Shown one piece after another: positions 13,101-26,600 of a DNA stretch of 64,000 bases. Below the pieces are notes generated by a model, which was not told where the DNA came from, ran no database searches, and saw only the letters and a list, made by a program, of their open reading frames with translations. Source of the stretch: the human T2T-CHM13v2.0 reference genome, Homo sapiens; NCBI RefSeq assembly GCF_009914755.1, contig NC_060926.1, one strand, 5' to 3'. Position numbers and translations under genes: made by a program. How positions within the stretch are numbered: the first letter of the stretch is position 1; every line of letters begins with the position of its first letter.

Positions 13101-16100
13101 ATGAAATGAAGTGATGAGATGAAATGATGAAATGATAAGATGAAAAGAGTTGATGAGATGATAAGATGAAATGATGAGATGAAAAGATGAGATGAAATGA
13201 AATGATGAGATGAAATGAGATGAAATGAAATTAGACGAAATGTAATGAGATGAAATGAAATGACATAATGAAATGAAAAAATGAAATAATGAAATGAGGT
13301 GAAATTAAATGAGATGATGAAATTAAATGATGAAATGAAATAATGAAATGGAAATGATGAGATGAGATGAAATGACGAGATGAATGATGAGATGAAATGA
13401 GATGAAATGATGAGATGCAATGATGAGATGAAATGATGAAATGATGAGATGAGATGAGATGTAATGATGAGAGGAAATGATGAGATGTAATGAAATGAGA
13501 TGAAATGAATGAGATGAAATAATGAAAGGAAATTGAATTGAGATATGAGATGAAATGAGATAAAATGAGATGAAATAAGAAATGATGAGGTGAAATGAAA
13601 TGCTGAGGTGAGATGAGATGAAATGAGGAGATGAAACGATGAGATGAAATGAAAGGATGAGATGAAATGATGATATGAGATGAGATGAAATGAGATGAAA
13701 CGAGATGAAATGATGAAATGATGAGATGAGACGAGAAGAAATGATGAGATGAAATGAGATGAGATAAAATGAGATGAAATGAAGTGAAATGAAATGAAAT
13801 AATGAAATTGAAATGAGATGAGATGAAATGAGATAAAATGATGAGATGAAATGATGAGAAGAAATGAGATGAAATGATGAGATGAGATGATGAGATGAAA
13901 AATGATGAGATGAAAAATGATGAGATGAAATGATGAGATGAATTGAAATGAAATGAAATAATGAAATAATGACATGAGATGAAATGAAATGATGAAATGA
14001 TGAAATAATGAAATGAAAATGAAATGGAAATGATGAGATGAGAAGAAATGATGAGATGAGATAAAATGAGATGAAATGATGAGATGAAATGAAATGATGA
14101 GATGAGATGAAATGAGATGAAATATGATGAGGTGAAATGACATAATGAAATGATGAAATGGAATAATGAAATGGAAATGAGATGAGATGCAATGAGTTGA
14201 AATGAGATGAAATGATGAAATGATGAGATGAAATGATGAGATGAGATGTGATGAAATGATGACATGAAATGATGACATAAAATGAGATGAAATGTAATGA
14301 TGAAATGAGATGAAATGATGAGATGAGATAAAATGATATGAAATGATGAGATGAATGATGAGATGAAATGATGAGATGAGATGAGATGAGATGATGAGAT
14401 GAAATGATGAGATGAACTGATGAGATGAAATGAAATGAAATAATGAAATGAAATTGAAATAAATAAATAAAATTGAAATGAGATGAGATGAAATGATGAG
14501 ATGATGAAATAAAATGATAAAATGATGAGATGTGATGAGATGAAATGATGAGATGAGATGACATGAAATAATGAAATGAAATAATGAAATGAAATTGAAA
14601 TGAGCTGAGAAGATACGAGATGAAGTGATGAGATGAAATGATGAAATGATAAGATGAAAAGAGTTGATGAGATGATAAGATGAAATGATGAGATGAAAAG
14701 ATGAGATGAAATGAAATGATGAGATGAAATGAGATGAAATGAAATTAGACGAAATGTAATGAGATGAAATGAAATGACATAATGAAATGAAAAAATGAAA
14801 TAATGAGGTGAAATTAAATGAGATGATGAAATTAAATGATGAAATGAAATAATGAAATGGAAATGATGAGATGAAGTGACGAGATGAATGATGAGATGAA
14901 ATGAGATGAAATGATGAGATGCAATGATGAGATGAAATGATGAAATGATGAGATGAGATGAGGTGTAATGATGAGAGGAAATGATGAGATGTAATGAAAG
15001 GAGATGAAATGAATGAGATGAAATAATGAAAGGAAATTGAATTGAGATATGAGATGAAATGAGATAAAATGAGATGAAATAAGAAATGATGAGGTGAAAT
15101 GAAATGCTGAGGTGAGATGAGATGAAATGAGGAGATGAAACGATGAGATGAAATGAAAGGATGAGATGAAATGATGATATGAGATGAGATGAAATGAGAT
15201 GAAACGAGATGAAATGATGAAATGATCAGATGAGACGAGAAGAAATGATGAGATAAAATGAGATGAGATAAAATGAGATGAAATGAAGTGAAATGAAATG
15301 AAATAATGAAATTGAAATGAGATGAGATGAAATGAGATAAAATGATGAGATGAAATGATGAGAAGAAATGAGATGAAATGATGAGATGAGATGATGAGAT
15401 GAAAAATGATGAGATGAAATATGATGAGATGAAATGAGATGAATTGAAATGAAATGAAATAATGAAATAATGAAATGAGATGAAATGAAATGATGAAATG
15501 ATATTGAAATGAAATTGAAAGATGAGATGAAATGATGAGATGAAATGGTGAAATGTTGAAATGAAATGATGAAATGAATAGATGTGACATGAAATGAGCT
15601 GAAATGATGAGATCAAATGAAATGAAATGAGATTAAATGATGAGATGAAAAATGATGAGATGAAAAATGATGAGATGAAATGCTGAGATGAAATGAGATC
15701 AGATGAACTGAGATGAGATGAGATGAAATAATGAAATTAGGTGAAATAATGAAATGATATGAAATAATGAAATTGAAATGAGATGAGAAGAAGTGAGATG
15801 AAATGTTGTAATGAAAGGAGGAAATGATGAGATGAGGAGATGAAATGATGAGATGAATTGAGATGAAATGAGATGAAAAATGATATGAAAAATATCAAAA
15901 ATATGAGATGAAATGAAATGAGATTATATGAAATGACAATGAAATAAATGAAATTAGATGAAATGAAATGAAATAGTGAAATGAAATGATGAAATGAAAT
16001 AATGAAAATGAAATGGAAATGCGATGAGATGAGATTTGGTGAAATGATGAGATGAAATGATGAGATGATATGAAATGATGAGATGAGATGGGATGAGATG

Positions 16101-16155
16101 AAATGAGATAAAATGATGAGATGAAATGATGAGATGAAATGATGGGGTGAAGTGA
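7131..16155 (+). repeat. (GAAAT/GAGAT/GAT)n simple-sequence satellite with a ~1.5 kb higher-order repeat
   Basis: ~9 kb of gaaat/gagat/gat units with very few C on +. The rare marker 'gagctgagaagatacgag' recurs at 8503, 10000, 11564, 13083 and 14602. Confidence 0.95.
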
Positions 16156-16877
16156 TGCACTGTCACGTGTGTGTCTATTCTTTTTCCCAAGCAACAAAAA
16201 TTATAATTCATTAATTTTAATTTTATTATTTAAGAATATTCTTAAGAGTTGAAGGAAAAATAATATCTGTACATTATGGGTTACAATCTAAGTATAAATA
16301 ATACATAAATATATTAAAACTTACAAAGAATATGTTTTGGAATCGAATATACCATGCTTCTGTGATGACAGTTATTTCATGCTGGTTGTCACAATTTTAC
16401 ATGAAAAACTAATGAAAAAATGTTTTTAACTGTTTCTAAAAATAACAGTTTCCAAAACAGTTTTACATTCGAAATATGAAAAAGTTGTCTTTGTGTTCCT
16501 TAATCTGATGAGATTTTCACACTCTGCACATGATAATTGTTAGATTTTTATTGTGTTGATAAATTGTATATCAAATAAAAATGTTATTACCTCTTAAATT
16601 AGGATTTTTAGGTGATATAGGCAGAAAGGACAGCAAGTTTTTATAACTTTGTCTAAATGAACTTTCTAAATGCCTGAGTATTAAAAGATAGCATGTCTAT
16701 AAATCACAATGTATATATTACTGTATGACCTAGGACCAATCAAAACCGTTACCTCTGATAACATTATATTGTGCCCAGTATAAAATAGATATAATAATAC
16801 CTCAAACTTAAATCCGGGCATTGTCATTGAATATCTTAAGAATATGCAACAAAGGTGCTTTTAAAAATACAAGCTAG

Positions 16878-17587
16878 TGATTGTACCAAATTTGTAAATC
16901 ACATAGGATAGTGGGTCATTTTAAGAATATTAGTTATTTCAATCTATAAACGTGGATGTCTTTCCTTTTTTGTGTTTTCTTTAATTTCTTTCATTAATAT
17001 TTGTCATTTTTGTTGTCGAAATCTTTTACTTCCTTGGTTAAATTTATTTCTAAGTACATTTTTGTAGCTATTGTAAAAGGAATTGCTTTCTTAATTTCTT
17101 GTTTCAGCTAGTTTACTATCAATATATAGAAATGCTACTGATTTTTGTATGTTGATTTATATCCTGCAACTTTATTAATTTCATGTATCACCCTAAGAAG
17201 CTTTTGGTAGAGTCTTATTTTTTTCCATGTATAAGATCACATTGTCTTTAAACAGGGACAATTTGACTGTCTCCTTTCCAATTCAGATGTCCTTTATTTC
17301 TTTCTCTCACCTAATTGTCCTGGCTAAGACTTTCACTATGTGAAATATGATTGGTGAGAATAGGCATCCTTTTCTTGTTCCAGTAAAATCTTTTTCTTGT
17401 TCACAGTAAAAGCTTTCACCTTTTCCACACTCAGCATGATCTTAGTTGTAGATTTGTCCTTTATGTCCTTCTGTTTTAAGGCATATATTTTCTATACTAA
17501 ATTGTTGAGAGGTTTTTTGTCATGTAAGAATATTTAATTTTGCCAAACGCTTTTATTGTGTTTATTAATTTAATCATATGGTTTTCA
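16878..17587 (-). mobile_element. Old L1 (L1M-type) ORF2 fragment, antisense
   Basis: 'agaaatgctactgatttttgtatgttgatttatatcctgcaactttatt' and 'gacaatttgactgtctcctttccaatt' match antisense L1 ORF2. Confidence 0.8.
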
Positions 17588-18268
17588 GTATATATCCAAA
17601 GGAAAGAAAATCAGTATATCAAAGACTTACCTGCACCCCCATGTTTATTACAGCACTATTCACAATAGCCAAGATATGGAATCAGCAAAAGTGTCCATCA
17701 ACAGATGAATGGATAAAGAAATGTGATATACATATATAATGGAATACTATTTAGTCATAATAAAGAACAAAATCCTGTTATTTGTGGCAACAAGAATGCA
17801 AGTGGAGGGTATTATGTTAGGTGAAATAAACCTGGCATAGAAACATAAACACCACATAACTACGTGTTCTCACTTATGTATGGAAGCTAAAATTTTTAAT
17901 CTCGTAGAAGTAGATAGTAGAGTTTTGGTTACCATATCCTGGAAAGAGTAGGAGAAAGAAGAGTATAAGAAAAATGTGGTTAATACATACAAAATTACAG
18001 CTGGAGAGAAGGAAGAAGTTCTAGTTCTCTACAGCACTGTTGGGTGACTGTAGTTAACGGGAATTTATTGTGTGTTTTCAAATAACTAAAATAAAAGATT
18101 TTAAATATTCTCACTGCAAAGAAATAATACATGATTTAGGTAATGGATATGATAATGACTCTGACTTGATCTTTACGCATTGCATAAATATATCAAAATA
18201 TCACTCTGTACCCCATAACATGTACATTTATTATATGTCAATTAAAGTAAATTTAAAAGAGAAAAAAT
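17588..18268 (+). mobile_element. L1MA-type 3' end, sense
   Basis: 'gtatatatccaaaggaaagaaaatcagtatatcaaag...atgtttattacagcactattcacaatagcc' continues through an L1MA-like 3' UTR 'atcactctgtaccccataacatgtac...gtcaattaaa' to an A-rich end. Confidence 0.85.
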
Positions 18269-18800
18269 GAGGTAAAGGTAAATATACATAATTTAATTAC
18301 TTTTTCTTCTATAAAACCCGAGTCAGTACCAAGAAGAGTCAATTTATTAGTTTTCTAAAATAAAAAAAATCAAAATCACCAAAAAAGAGCAATATCCAAG
18401 AAAACATTGAAAATGAAACACAACATTCAGTAAGAATAGAAAACTTGGGCACCGTATCACCCTGTTCCTAGATACCGATTTACTGATGGCCATTTAAATA
18501 GAATTTTATTCTATCTAATTCATTTATACTCCCAGAGTTCGAAATTACATTTTACCTACAATAAATGAGATAACACTTGTAAATTATATGGTACTCTGCC
18601 TAACACACGTTAATAACTCAATACATGTTAGCAATAAGCTTTTAATATAGTAGTCAAAGTATTAATTTCTCACATTGCAATTTCCTTCAAAGACATGAAT
18701 ACAACCTTTCTAATGACTCCTTGTTCATCAAGATACCTCTTCAAATTATTCTATTTGTTTCATTCAGTATATTATCTGTGTATACCGATATTACACTCTT

Positions 18801-19121
<321 letters not shown>

Positions 19122-19462
19122 TGAATATCTTTTTGAAAGATTACACCTCTTTACTTTGTGCTTCAGAAATTATTTTCCTTCAAGTGTTCTAAGAGTCTAA
19201 TGAAGAATGAAGTCATGTTTTATCACTTTTGTCCTTAAAGATTTCAGACATGCTGAAACTGATTGAAGTATCATTTGCTACTAGATAGATTAATTATCTC
19301 CAGTTGTAGGAGTGGATACATCTTTAATGGTATATTTTGGGTTATTGTCTTATTTTTGATGCAGTATTCTATAAATAATTTATTAAACCTGGCATCCTTG
19401 GGTGAGCACAGATTTTTCAACTTTGGTGTTATATTGTGTTTGCTTTTAAAAACTGCTTCTGA

Positions 19463-19771
19463 GGCCAGGTATGGTGGCTCTTGCCCATACCCAGCACTTT
19501 GGGAGGCCAAGATGGGTGGATTACCTCAGGTCAGGAGTTCAAGACCAGCCTGGTCAACATGGCAAAACCATGTCTCTACTAAAAACACAAAATTAGCCAG
19601 GCATGGTGGTGCATGCTTGTAGTCCTAACCACTCGAGAGGCTGAGGCAAGAGAATCACCTGAACCTGGGAGGCAAAAGTTGCTAGGTTGCTGTGAGCCAA
19701 ATTCGCACCATTGCCCTCCAGCCTGGGTGAAAAGAGCAAAACTCTGTCTCAAAAAAAAAAAAAAACCCACC
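19463..19771 (+). mobile_element. AluS, full length
   Basis: ggccaggt... to a poly(A) tail, with TSD aaaaactgctt(c/t)tga at 19448-19462 and 19772-19786. Confidence 0.92.
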
Positions 19772-22639
19772 AAAAACTGCTTTTGAATGGAGTTGTACAT
19801 ATAATTTTTATGAAAAAAATTAACAAGTGCATAAGTTCATAATAGAAAAACCAATAATACTCCAGGCACAAGTTAGTACTAAAAAAATTATGTTGAATAT
19901 TCTCTAATACAACATGCTTTTTCCCTTCATGAACAATTTGTGTTTTACTGAGAAGAGTCACTGTTTATGGTAGACATTAGACTACAGATGAATATGTACT
20001 TTAAACACTCTTAGTTGCTTTCTTAATTTTATATCTGCTGCTTTATGCTTCTGTTTATTTTCATTCTTTCCAATGTCCACATTCTAGTAAATTTGAATAT
20101 TTTAATCCAAGTTTATATACTATTTAATATTGCTTGTATAGTTTAGTATTTTTAAGACTCAAAAAGGTTTACAGAAAGAAGAAAAAGATCAACATGTTAT
20201 TAATCATTTAAAGATCATTTTGAAATCTTTGACCTTTATATTTTAATGAATAAAATATTAGTAGTTATTAGTATAAAATAATTTATGTCTTTTGGACTTA
20301 GCATCCAGTATTTCTTTTTTAATAAAGAAAATAATTATTCTCTTGCAATGTACTATGTTTATCTGGGTTTTGAAAAGTGATGTTTCCTAATATGAGAAAG
20401 CCATTTACAGTTTTAAATCTACAAAGGCAAATGGAATGGTACTAAATTATTTACATAATAATGTTTAGATGGTGGCCCTTATAACATTCTTTCTATACTT
20501 CCTACAGAGTTGGGGATATGCAATCCTAGAATATTTCTGGGAGCTAATCCTTTAGCTTGATGAATGAAACAAGACTTTTAAATAAAATTAAACTTTCAAA
20601 TTATCCAGGTAATGGGCCTGTCTTTTAATTCAATGGATATGGAGCATAATGAATTAACCCCTGTTCATTGGGTAATAAGTTCTCATTCTTATAATACTCA
20701 AAATGTCCTTTAATTTTTAATTTTTGATAGTCATATCATTATCCCTAGGTATTTTAGCTTCTATCTTAAATTCTAAAATAATTTTGAAATAGGAGAAAGT
20801 ATTCTTTATTACTATATGTATTAAACATCATGGTTTTCAAATTGAACTGCAAATGTATCTTTTCATTGCTTCTTGATGACACCCTTCACCCTATCCATAT
20901 TGTCACTACCAAGTGGTGATTACTTTTCAGGTTCACATACTTATTCTTCAGAAAAATCTTCTCTGTGCCTTATAAAGAATATGATTGTTGGCATTCAAAA
21001 GCCAGCGAAGTATACATTATTAGCCTGTTGCCTAACTCATTTCTTTAAGAAACTACACTAATTACCCACATACTTATGTTTTTATTTCCTCATTATTTCT
21101 GGAGAAAACAAATACTGCTAACATGATATTTGTAAGAGAGAAAAAAGTCTTTTCTTGAAAAGTGCTGTCATTGTAGTACTAACTTATAGTATCAACTTCT
21201 TTATAAACTCCTTAGACACTTTTTATTCTGAGAGAAATAAAAAAGCTAAAAGTCAAATGACTTTTTTTACTCTCCTTATTATAAGCACCCATCTTGGTAA
21301 TTTAGGGTCTTTATAGTTAGGGTAAGTTGTGTCATACCGAGGTTACAAAATAAAAAGTATTTTGTCTTTTTGGGCCTTTCCTTATTCAGTAATACTGTCA
21401 GTTTGGCTTTTTTTGTAGGTCAACTTATTGAACTCAGTATTCTGAAATAATATGTTTACTATCTTTTGAGAAGCACTTAAAATATTAGATTTATTGTTAC
21501 TCTTCTGCCTTTATTGGGCTGGAAGAATAATTGTTTCACTCCACAAAAGGCAAGTTGCGGAGAAAAACACATAGACATTCAACCGCAAAGCAGAGAAACT
21601 TGACTATTTTCTGCAATTTTAAAGTGTATATTGAATAAAACCATCTTTTTATTTTCTTTTTTGCTCACTGGCAAATATTAACAACATCAAGTGTATTATT
21701 ATAATGTTATCTAGTTAAAAATCTCAAAAAGTTTTCATAATTACCATTTTAAAGTATATAAATAGGTGACCTAATGTTAATTTTTATTGTCTGAGACCAT
21801 GTCTGTTATTTCACTCTTTAAATTCAGTTAGTAGTGCAGAACCTAGCACTTAGTAGATACTCAAAAATTATTTGCTGAATAAAAAAAGGTTAAACATGTA
21901 ATATATACAAAATGTACTGGAAAAAAATGCACCAAACAATTTTGTTATACCAGTTTAATGTAAATATTGCCTTTAAAAGATAATATAGTTTTCAGGTGTC
22001 TACAGTGATTTTGTAATATTTGTGCACATATAAAATAATATTTCCAAAAATGTAATCCAGTGGGGAAATATACTTTCTAAATTCTAGATTTATAATTTAG
22101 GGTTTAAATTATAAAATCATTAAATAAGACACAAGTGAAATGTAGTCAAATATCCCCTTGGAAAAAAATTAAGTGGCCTCTAAAGTGAGGTATTCATATA
22201 TGTAATTTTACAATCCTCTAGTGATAGAATTAATTAAATACACCACCAAATTGATTAATTCCTACTGTGTTAAAAGAGAAGCACTAACAATGCCAGTTAC
22301 CATGTAACATGGATTTAAGCTACAAGTCATAGAAATGTGATGAGAAGCCTCAGCGCTGTAAAACAGAGGGTGGAGGAAAGCTTTTCCTCTCTCAAATGAG
22401 CTTTGCGAGGTATACTTCTTGAAGGATAGGAAGTTGAAGTGTTCAGGACTTTTATGTCTATTCTACTTTGGCTTAGTTTACATGATTCGTAGTTTATTAG
22501 CCTAGAAATGGCCAAGAAAACTTAAGGTTCAATAATTAGTTATAAATATGAAATATCCCCGATTTTTAAGATAAAAACAACTTATAAATGTATTTGTCTG
22601 TAAAAATTGTGTATATTTTTACAGAACATCTATTTCTTT

Positions 22640-23396
22640 TTTTATTTTTTTATATTTATTTATTATGCTTTAAATTCTAGGGTACACATGCACAGTGTGC
22701 AGGTTTGTTGCATATGTATCCATGTGCCATGTTGGTGTGCTGCACCCATTAACTCATCATTTATATTAGGCATATCTCCTAATGCTATCCCTCCCCCCTC
22801 CCCCCACCCCACAACAGGCCCTGGTGTGTGATGTTCCCCTTCCTGTGTCCAAGTGTTCTCATTGTTCAATTCCCACCTATGAGTGAGAACATGTGGTGTT
22901 TGGTTTTTTGTCCTTGCGATAGTTTGCTGAGAATGATGGTTTCCAGCTTCATCCATGCCCCTACAAAGGACATGAACTCATCATTTTTTATGGATGCCTA
23001 GTATTCCATGGTGTATATGTGCCACATGTTCTTCATCCAGTCTATCATTGTTGGACATTTGGGTTGGTTCCAAGTCTTTGCTATTGTGAATAGTGCTGCA
23101 ATAAACATACGTGTGCATGTGTCTTTATAGCAGCACAATTTATAATCCTTTGGGTATATACTCAGTAGTGGGATGGCTGGGTCAAATGGTATCTCTAGTT
23201 CTAGATCCCTGAGGAATGGCCACACTGTCTTCCACAATGGTTGAACTAGTTTACAGTCCCACCAACAGTGTGAAAGTGTTCCTATTTCTCCACATCCTCT
23301 CCAGCACCTGTTGTTTCCTGACTTTTTAATGATCGCCATTCTAACTGGTGTGAGATGGTATCTCATTGTGGTTTTGATTTGCATTTCTCTGATGGG
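22640..23396 (-). mobile_element. 5'-truncated L1PA (ORF2 C-terminus plus 3' UTR)
   Basis: ORF 22998-23384(-) encodes the L1 ORF2 C-terminal Cys-rich region ([18 protein letters not shown]). An L1PA 3' UTR and T-tail are present, with TSD tctatttcttt at 22629-22639 and 23397-23407. Confidence 0.95.
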
Positions 23397-25383
23397 TCTA
23401 TTTCTTTAAAACAAAGGGAGGGGAGTCTCTCATTTGCATTAGTTTTTTTCATAGCCTTTTGAACTTCACAATTTCTATGTTTCAGAACCTATTTCTTACA
23501 GTTTTTCTATGCTAAACTCTGTCCTAGTCAGTTCTAGAGTGTATGAAGAACCAAATGATGTAATAGTATGCCACCTGGCTGTAGTGGAACAAATTTGACT
23601 CTTAAGTATGCAGGCTCTAATTTTCCTGTCTGGTTTTGGCAAGTATTCCTTACATAGGTTTTTTCTTTGAAAATCTGGGATTGAGAGGTTGATGAATGAA
23701 AATTAATCCTTTCACTTTTTTGTATATAGGTTTGCAATAATTAGGTCAGAGTGGAGTTTTAAGGTCACGGAGGGGTCTGATGACTTACAAATAATGGGCT
23801 CTGATTGGGCAACTACTCATCTGAGTTCCTTCCATTTGACCTAATTAAGCTTGTGAAATTTACACTAAGCCATGAGCTCATCTTTAAAAAGTTTTATTAA
23901 AAGATTTTCAGCTGTTCCAAATGGGACTTATTACTGGAATGTGTTTTAAAGGATCATATCAGATGAATGAAAGGTATTTGATCCTTCGTTTCCTTAATAA
24001 TAAAATGATGGTTTGGAAAAATAGGCTACAGTCTAACCACAGTGCTATTATTAGGCTTTCTTGTTAAACATAGGTCTAAGCCTAAGTATGTCAATACAAC
24101 AAATACTTACTGTTTCATTTCTAGTAATGAAAAAAAAAAAAAAAAACAAGTCTTTCTGGCATAAGGATGATTTTCATCTGGTTATTTTGAAACATTTTTG
24201 TAAAATAAATTTCCATCTATAAAGAACATTTTTATTTGTAAGGAGGGGTATGTCTCTGTGCACTGGAAGAGAGGGAGGACTAAATCACTGGGAAGTCTTA
24301 TGATAAAGAAGCCATTGGCTTAAATCAGCGAAGCAAGCCGTCCCTTGGTTTAAGGTGTTTTTCCTGGCCATCCTGTCTTGACTAGAACTTTACCTACACC
24401 TTCCTTTTTGGTTTAGGCAAATTATAGTATCTAAAACTAAAGTCTCAGCTCTGTGTCTTTGACATATAAATGTTCTACCATGTCTTCTCTGGAATCTGAT
24501 AACTATCTATCTCTTTAAAATGCAAGTCTAGGGAGATGACTCATCAGAAAAAGAAGAAAAAAGAGGTATTTGGAAATTGTGCAAATTAAAGCAGCCCCTG
24601 ATGTCAAAGTCTACACATTCCTGAGTGAGTCAGTTCTGGCCAGTTCTAGCTGGATCAAGAGAGCTCTTCTGGGCAGGCCTGAAGAGCACCTGAATGGCAG
24701 CCACCTGAGGAGCCAGGTGCCTGAAACTTCCTTCACCTGCTTGAGGAGCGCCAAAGCCCAGGTGCTGGCTGGACAACCACTTCTGGCTGCCTAAGCAGAT
24801 GGCAGAAGAAGGAAACAAGGTCAGAGGCAGAGTATTGAACCCTGCCTCCCAGGTGGGTGGAAGATGCCTGTCGCCAAACTAGGGCCCAGCTTGCCGGGTG
24901 AGATGGGTGAACTGGTGATCCCCCGAGAGAGTGGACGTCAGAACTACATGTTCCTGGACTTCACCTCGGCCAGCGAAGGAGAGAGAGGGTTAATGTTAAC
25001 TGCACGAGGCCCACTCTAGCCTTAAATTCTGTAATTCAAACCCTTCCCTTGGAGACAAAACAAACATGACAAGGAATTCTGAGGTCAGGGGACAAGAATC
25101 ACAAAGTGGGAGATTGAGGAGGCAGTGTCCTTCCTGCCCTTGGTCTACTGGCTAAGAACCTTCCTCAGCCTGACCTTTGCACATTGCACTTTCAGCTCTG
25201 TTTGCAATTTTCCTCCTTTAGTGCTGAGGGAATCCCAGTGTTCCATCCTGAAATCTATAGGTTCCTAATGGGTGGTTAAAAAAAAACCTCAGCGAGAGAA
25301 GCAGAAAATGTTTCCTCTTCCTGAAAAACTGTAGAAAGGCAGGCACCATTCTGGGTGAGGACATGGTCCTTGCAAATGTCTTT

Positions 25384-25696
<313 letters not shown>

Positions 25697-26484
25697 TGCA
25701 AACGTCTTTAAAGACAGCGTGTTTCAGAGGCTGTGACAGTGCCCTGTGAACATGCCAATTCTCACAGTCCCGGGAGCTCTGAGGAGCAGGCCCGGCTCCT
25801 TGCCAGGCTGATGGTACTGAAACTCTGCTCTCCAAGACATAACCTGATGGCCATGCAAGATTTCTTAATCGACTGTGGACCGTGAGAGTCTGCATCTCAT
25901 TTTAATTAAGATGGGAAAAGAAAGAACAAAAGAGCAACTCCCAGGTTATAGAGAAAGTGGATTTTAGTATAATATTCAAGTGTAGCATTGCTAATAATAA
26001 CAAACCTTTCCCCTCCCAAACGGTAAACACTTGCACTGCCTATTATACAAAAATTCAACCACCCTCTCTGTTACCCCGATATCTCCTCCCCAGTGACCCC
26101 CCCTCTCATGCGGCCTCATGAGCCTGGCCAGTGGTGAATGGCACTTTCATGGGCATGAGACTCCACGTGAGTGGGACTCAGCTGGGACCCCTCTCCACGT
26201 GGGAGCTGGGGAAGCCACCCTAGTAGCAGCTCAAAGTGTCCGTGATGTCCCTGCTGCTGAGGTAGGGGCCGCCTCTGAGCTGGTCTCGGGGTGTGAGCTG
26301 CTGCTGGTAGTGGGCTCTGCCCTGAGGGCCTGGTGGCTGGTCAGAAGGGCAGGCACACATGGGTGACTCCCCAGGAACTCAGGCCACCTCCCCACCACAG
26401 CCCTGCACTGTGTGCTCCAGGCATGTGCTGAGTGCCTGGTCAATCACCAGTGCCCTATTGATCCCAGTCTCCAGAGAGAGCATT

Positions 26485-26600
26485 TAGTGTCACTCCACAG
26501 AGGGGAAACTCGGCCCAGAGAAGTAAAGTGACTCTCCCCAGTCACAGGGCTGGTCAGCAGTAGGATGGGAGGCTAGTCCCTTGCTGTCTGACTCCCTGAG
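26485..26600 (-). mobile_element. MIR fragment
   Basis: 'acagaggggaaactcggcccagagaagtaaagtgactctccccagtcacagggctggt' resembles the antisense MIR core. Confidence 0.6.

Noticed and set aside
7131-16155. Classification as HSat2/HSat3
   Set aside because: The GGAAT/CATTC pentamer is rare; the dominant units are GAAAT and GAGAT.
7127-16211. Very long minus-strand ORFs (up to 1822 aa, rich in I/S/H/F)
   Set aside because: The minus strand of the GAAAT/GAGAT satellite almost never forms stop codons, so all three frames stay open. There is no domain or codon structure.
20941-20968. Possible 28-nt minus-strand micro-exon (ttctttataag|gcacag...gaataa|gtatgt)
   Set aside because: Splice-like motifs are isolated, with no recognisable peptide or neighbouring exons; compatible with chance.
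22998-23384. 128-aa ORF as a host gene
   Set aside because: It is the C-terminus of L1 ORF2 in a 5'-truncated, promoter-less insertion.
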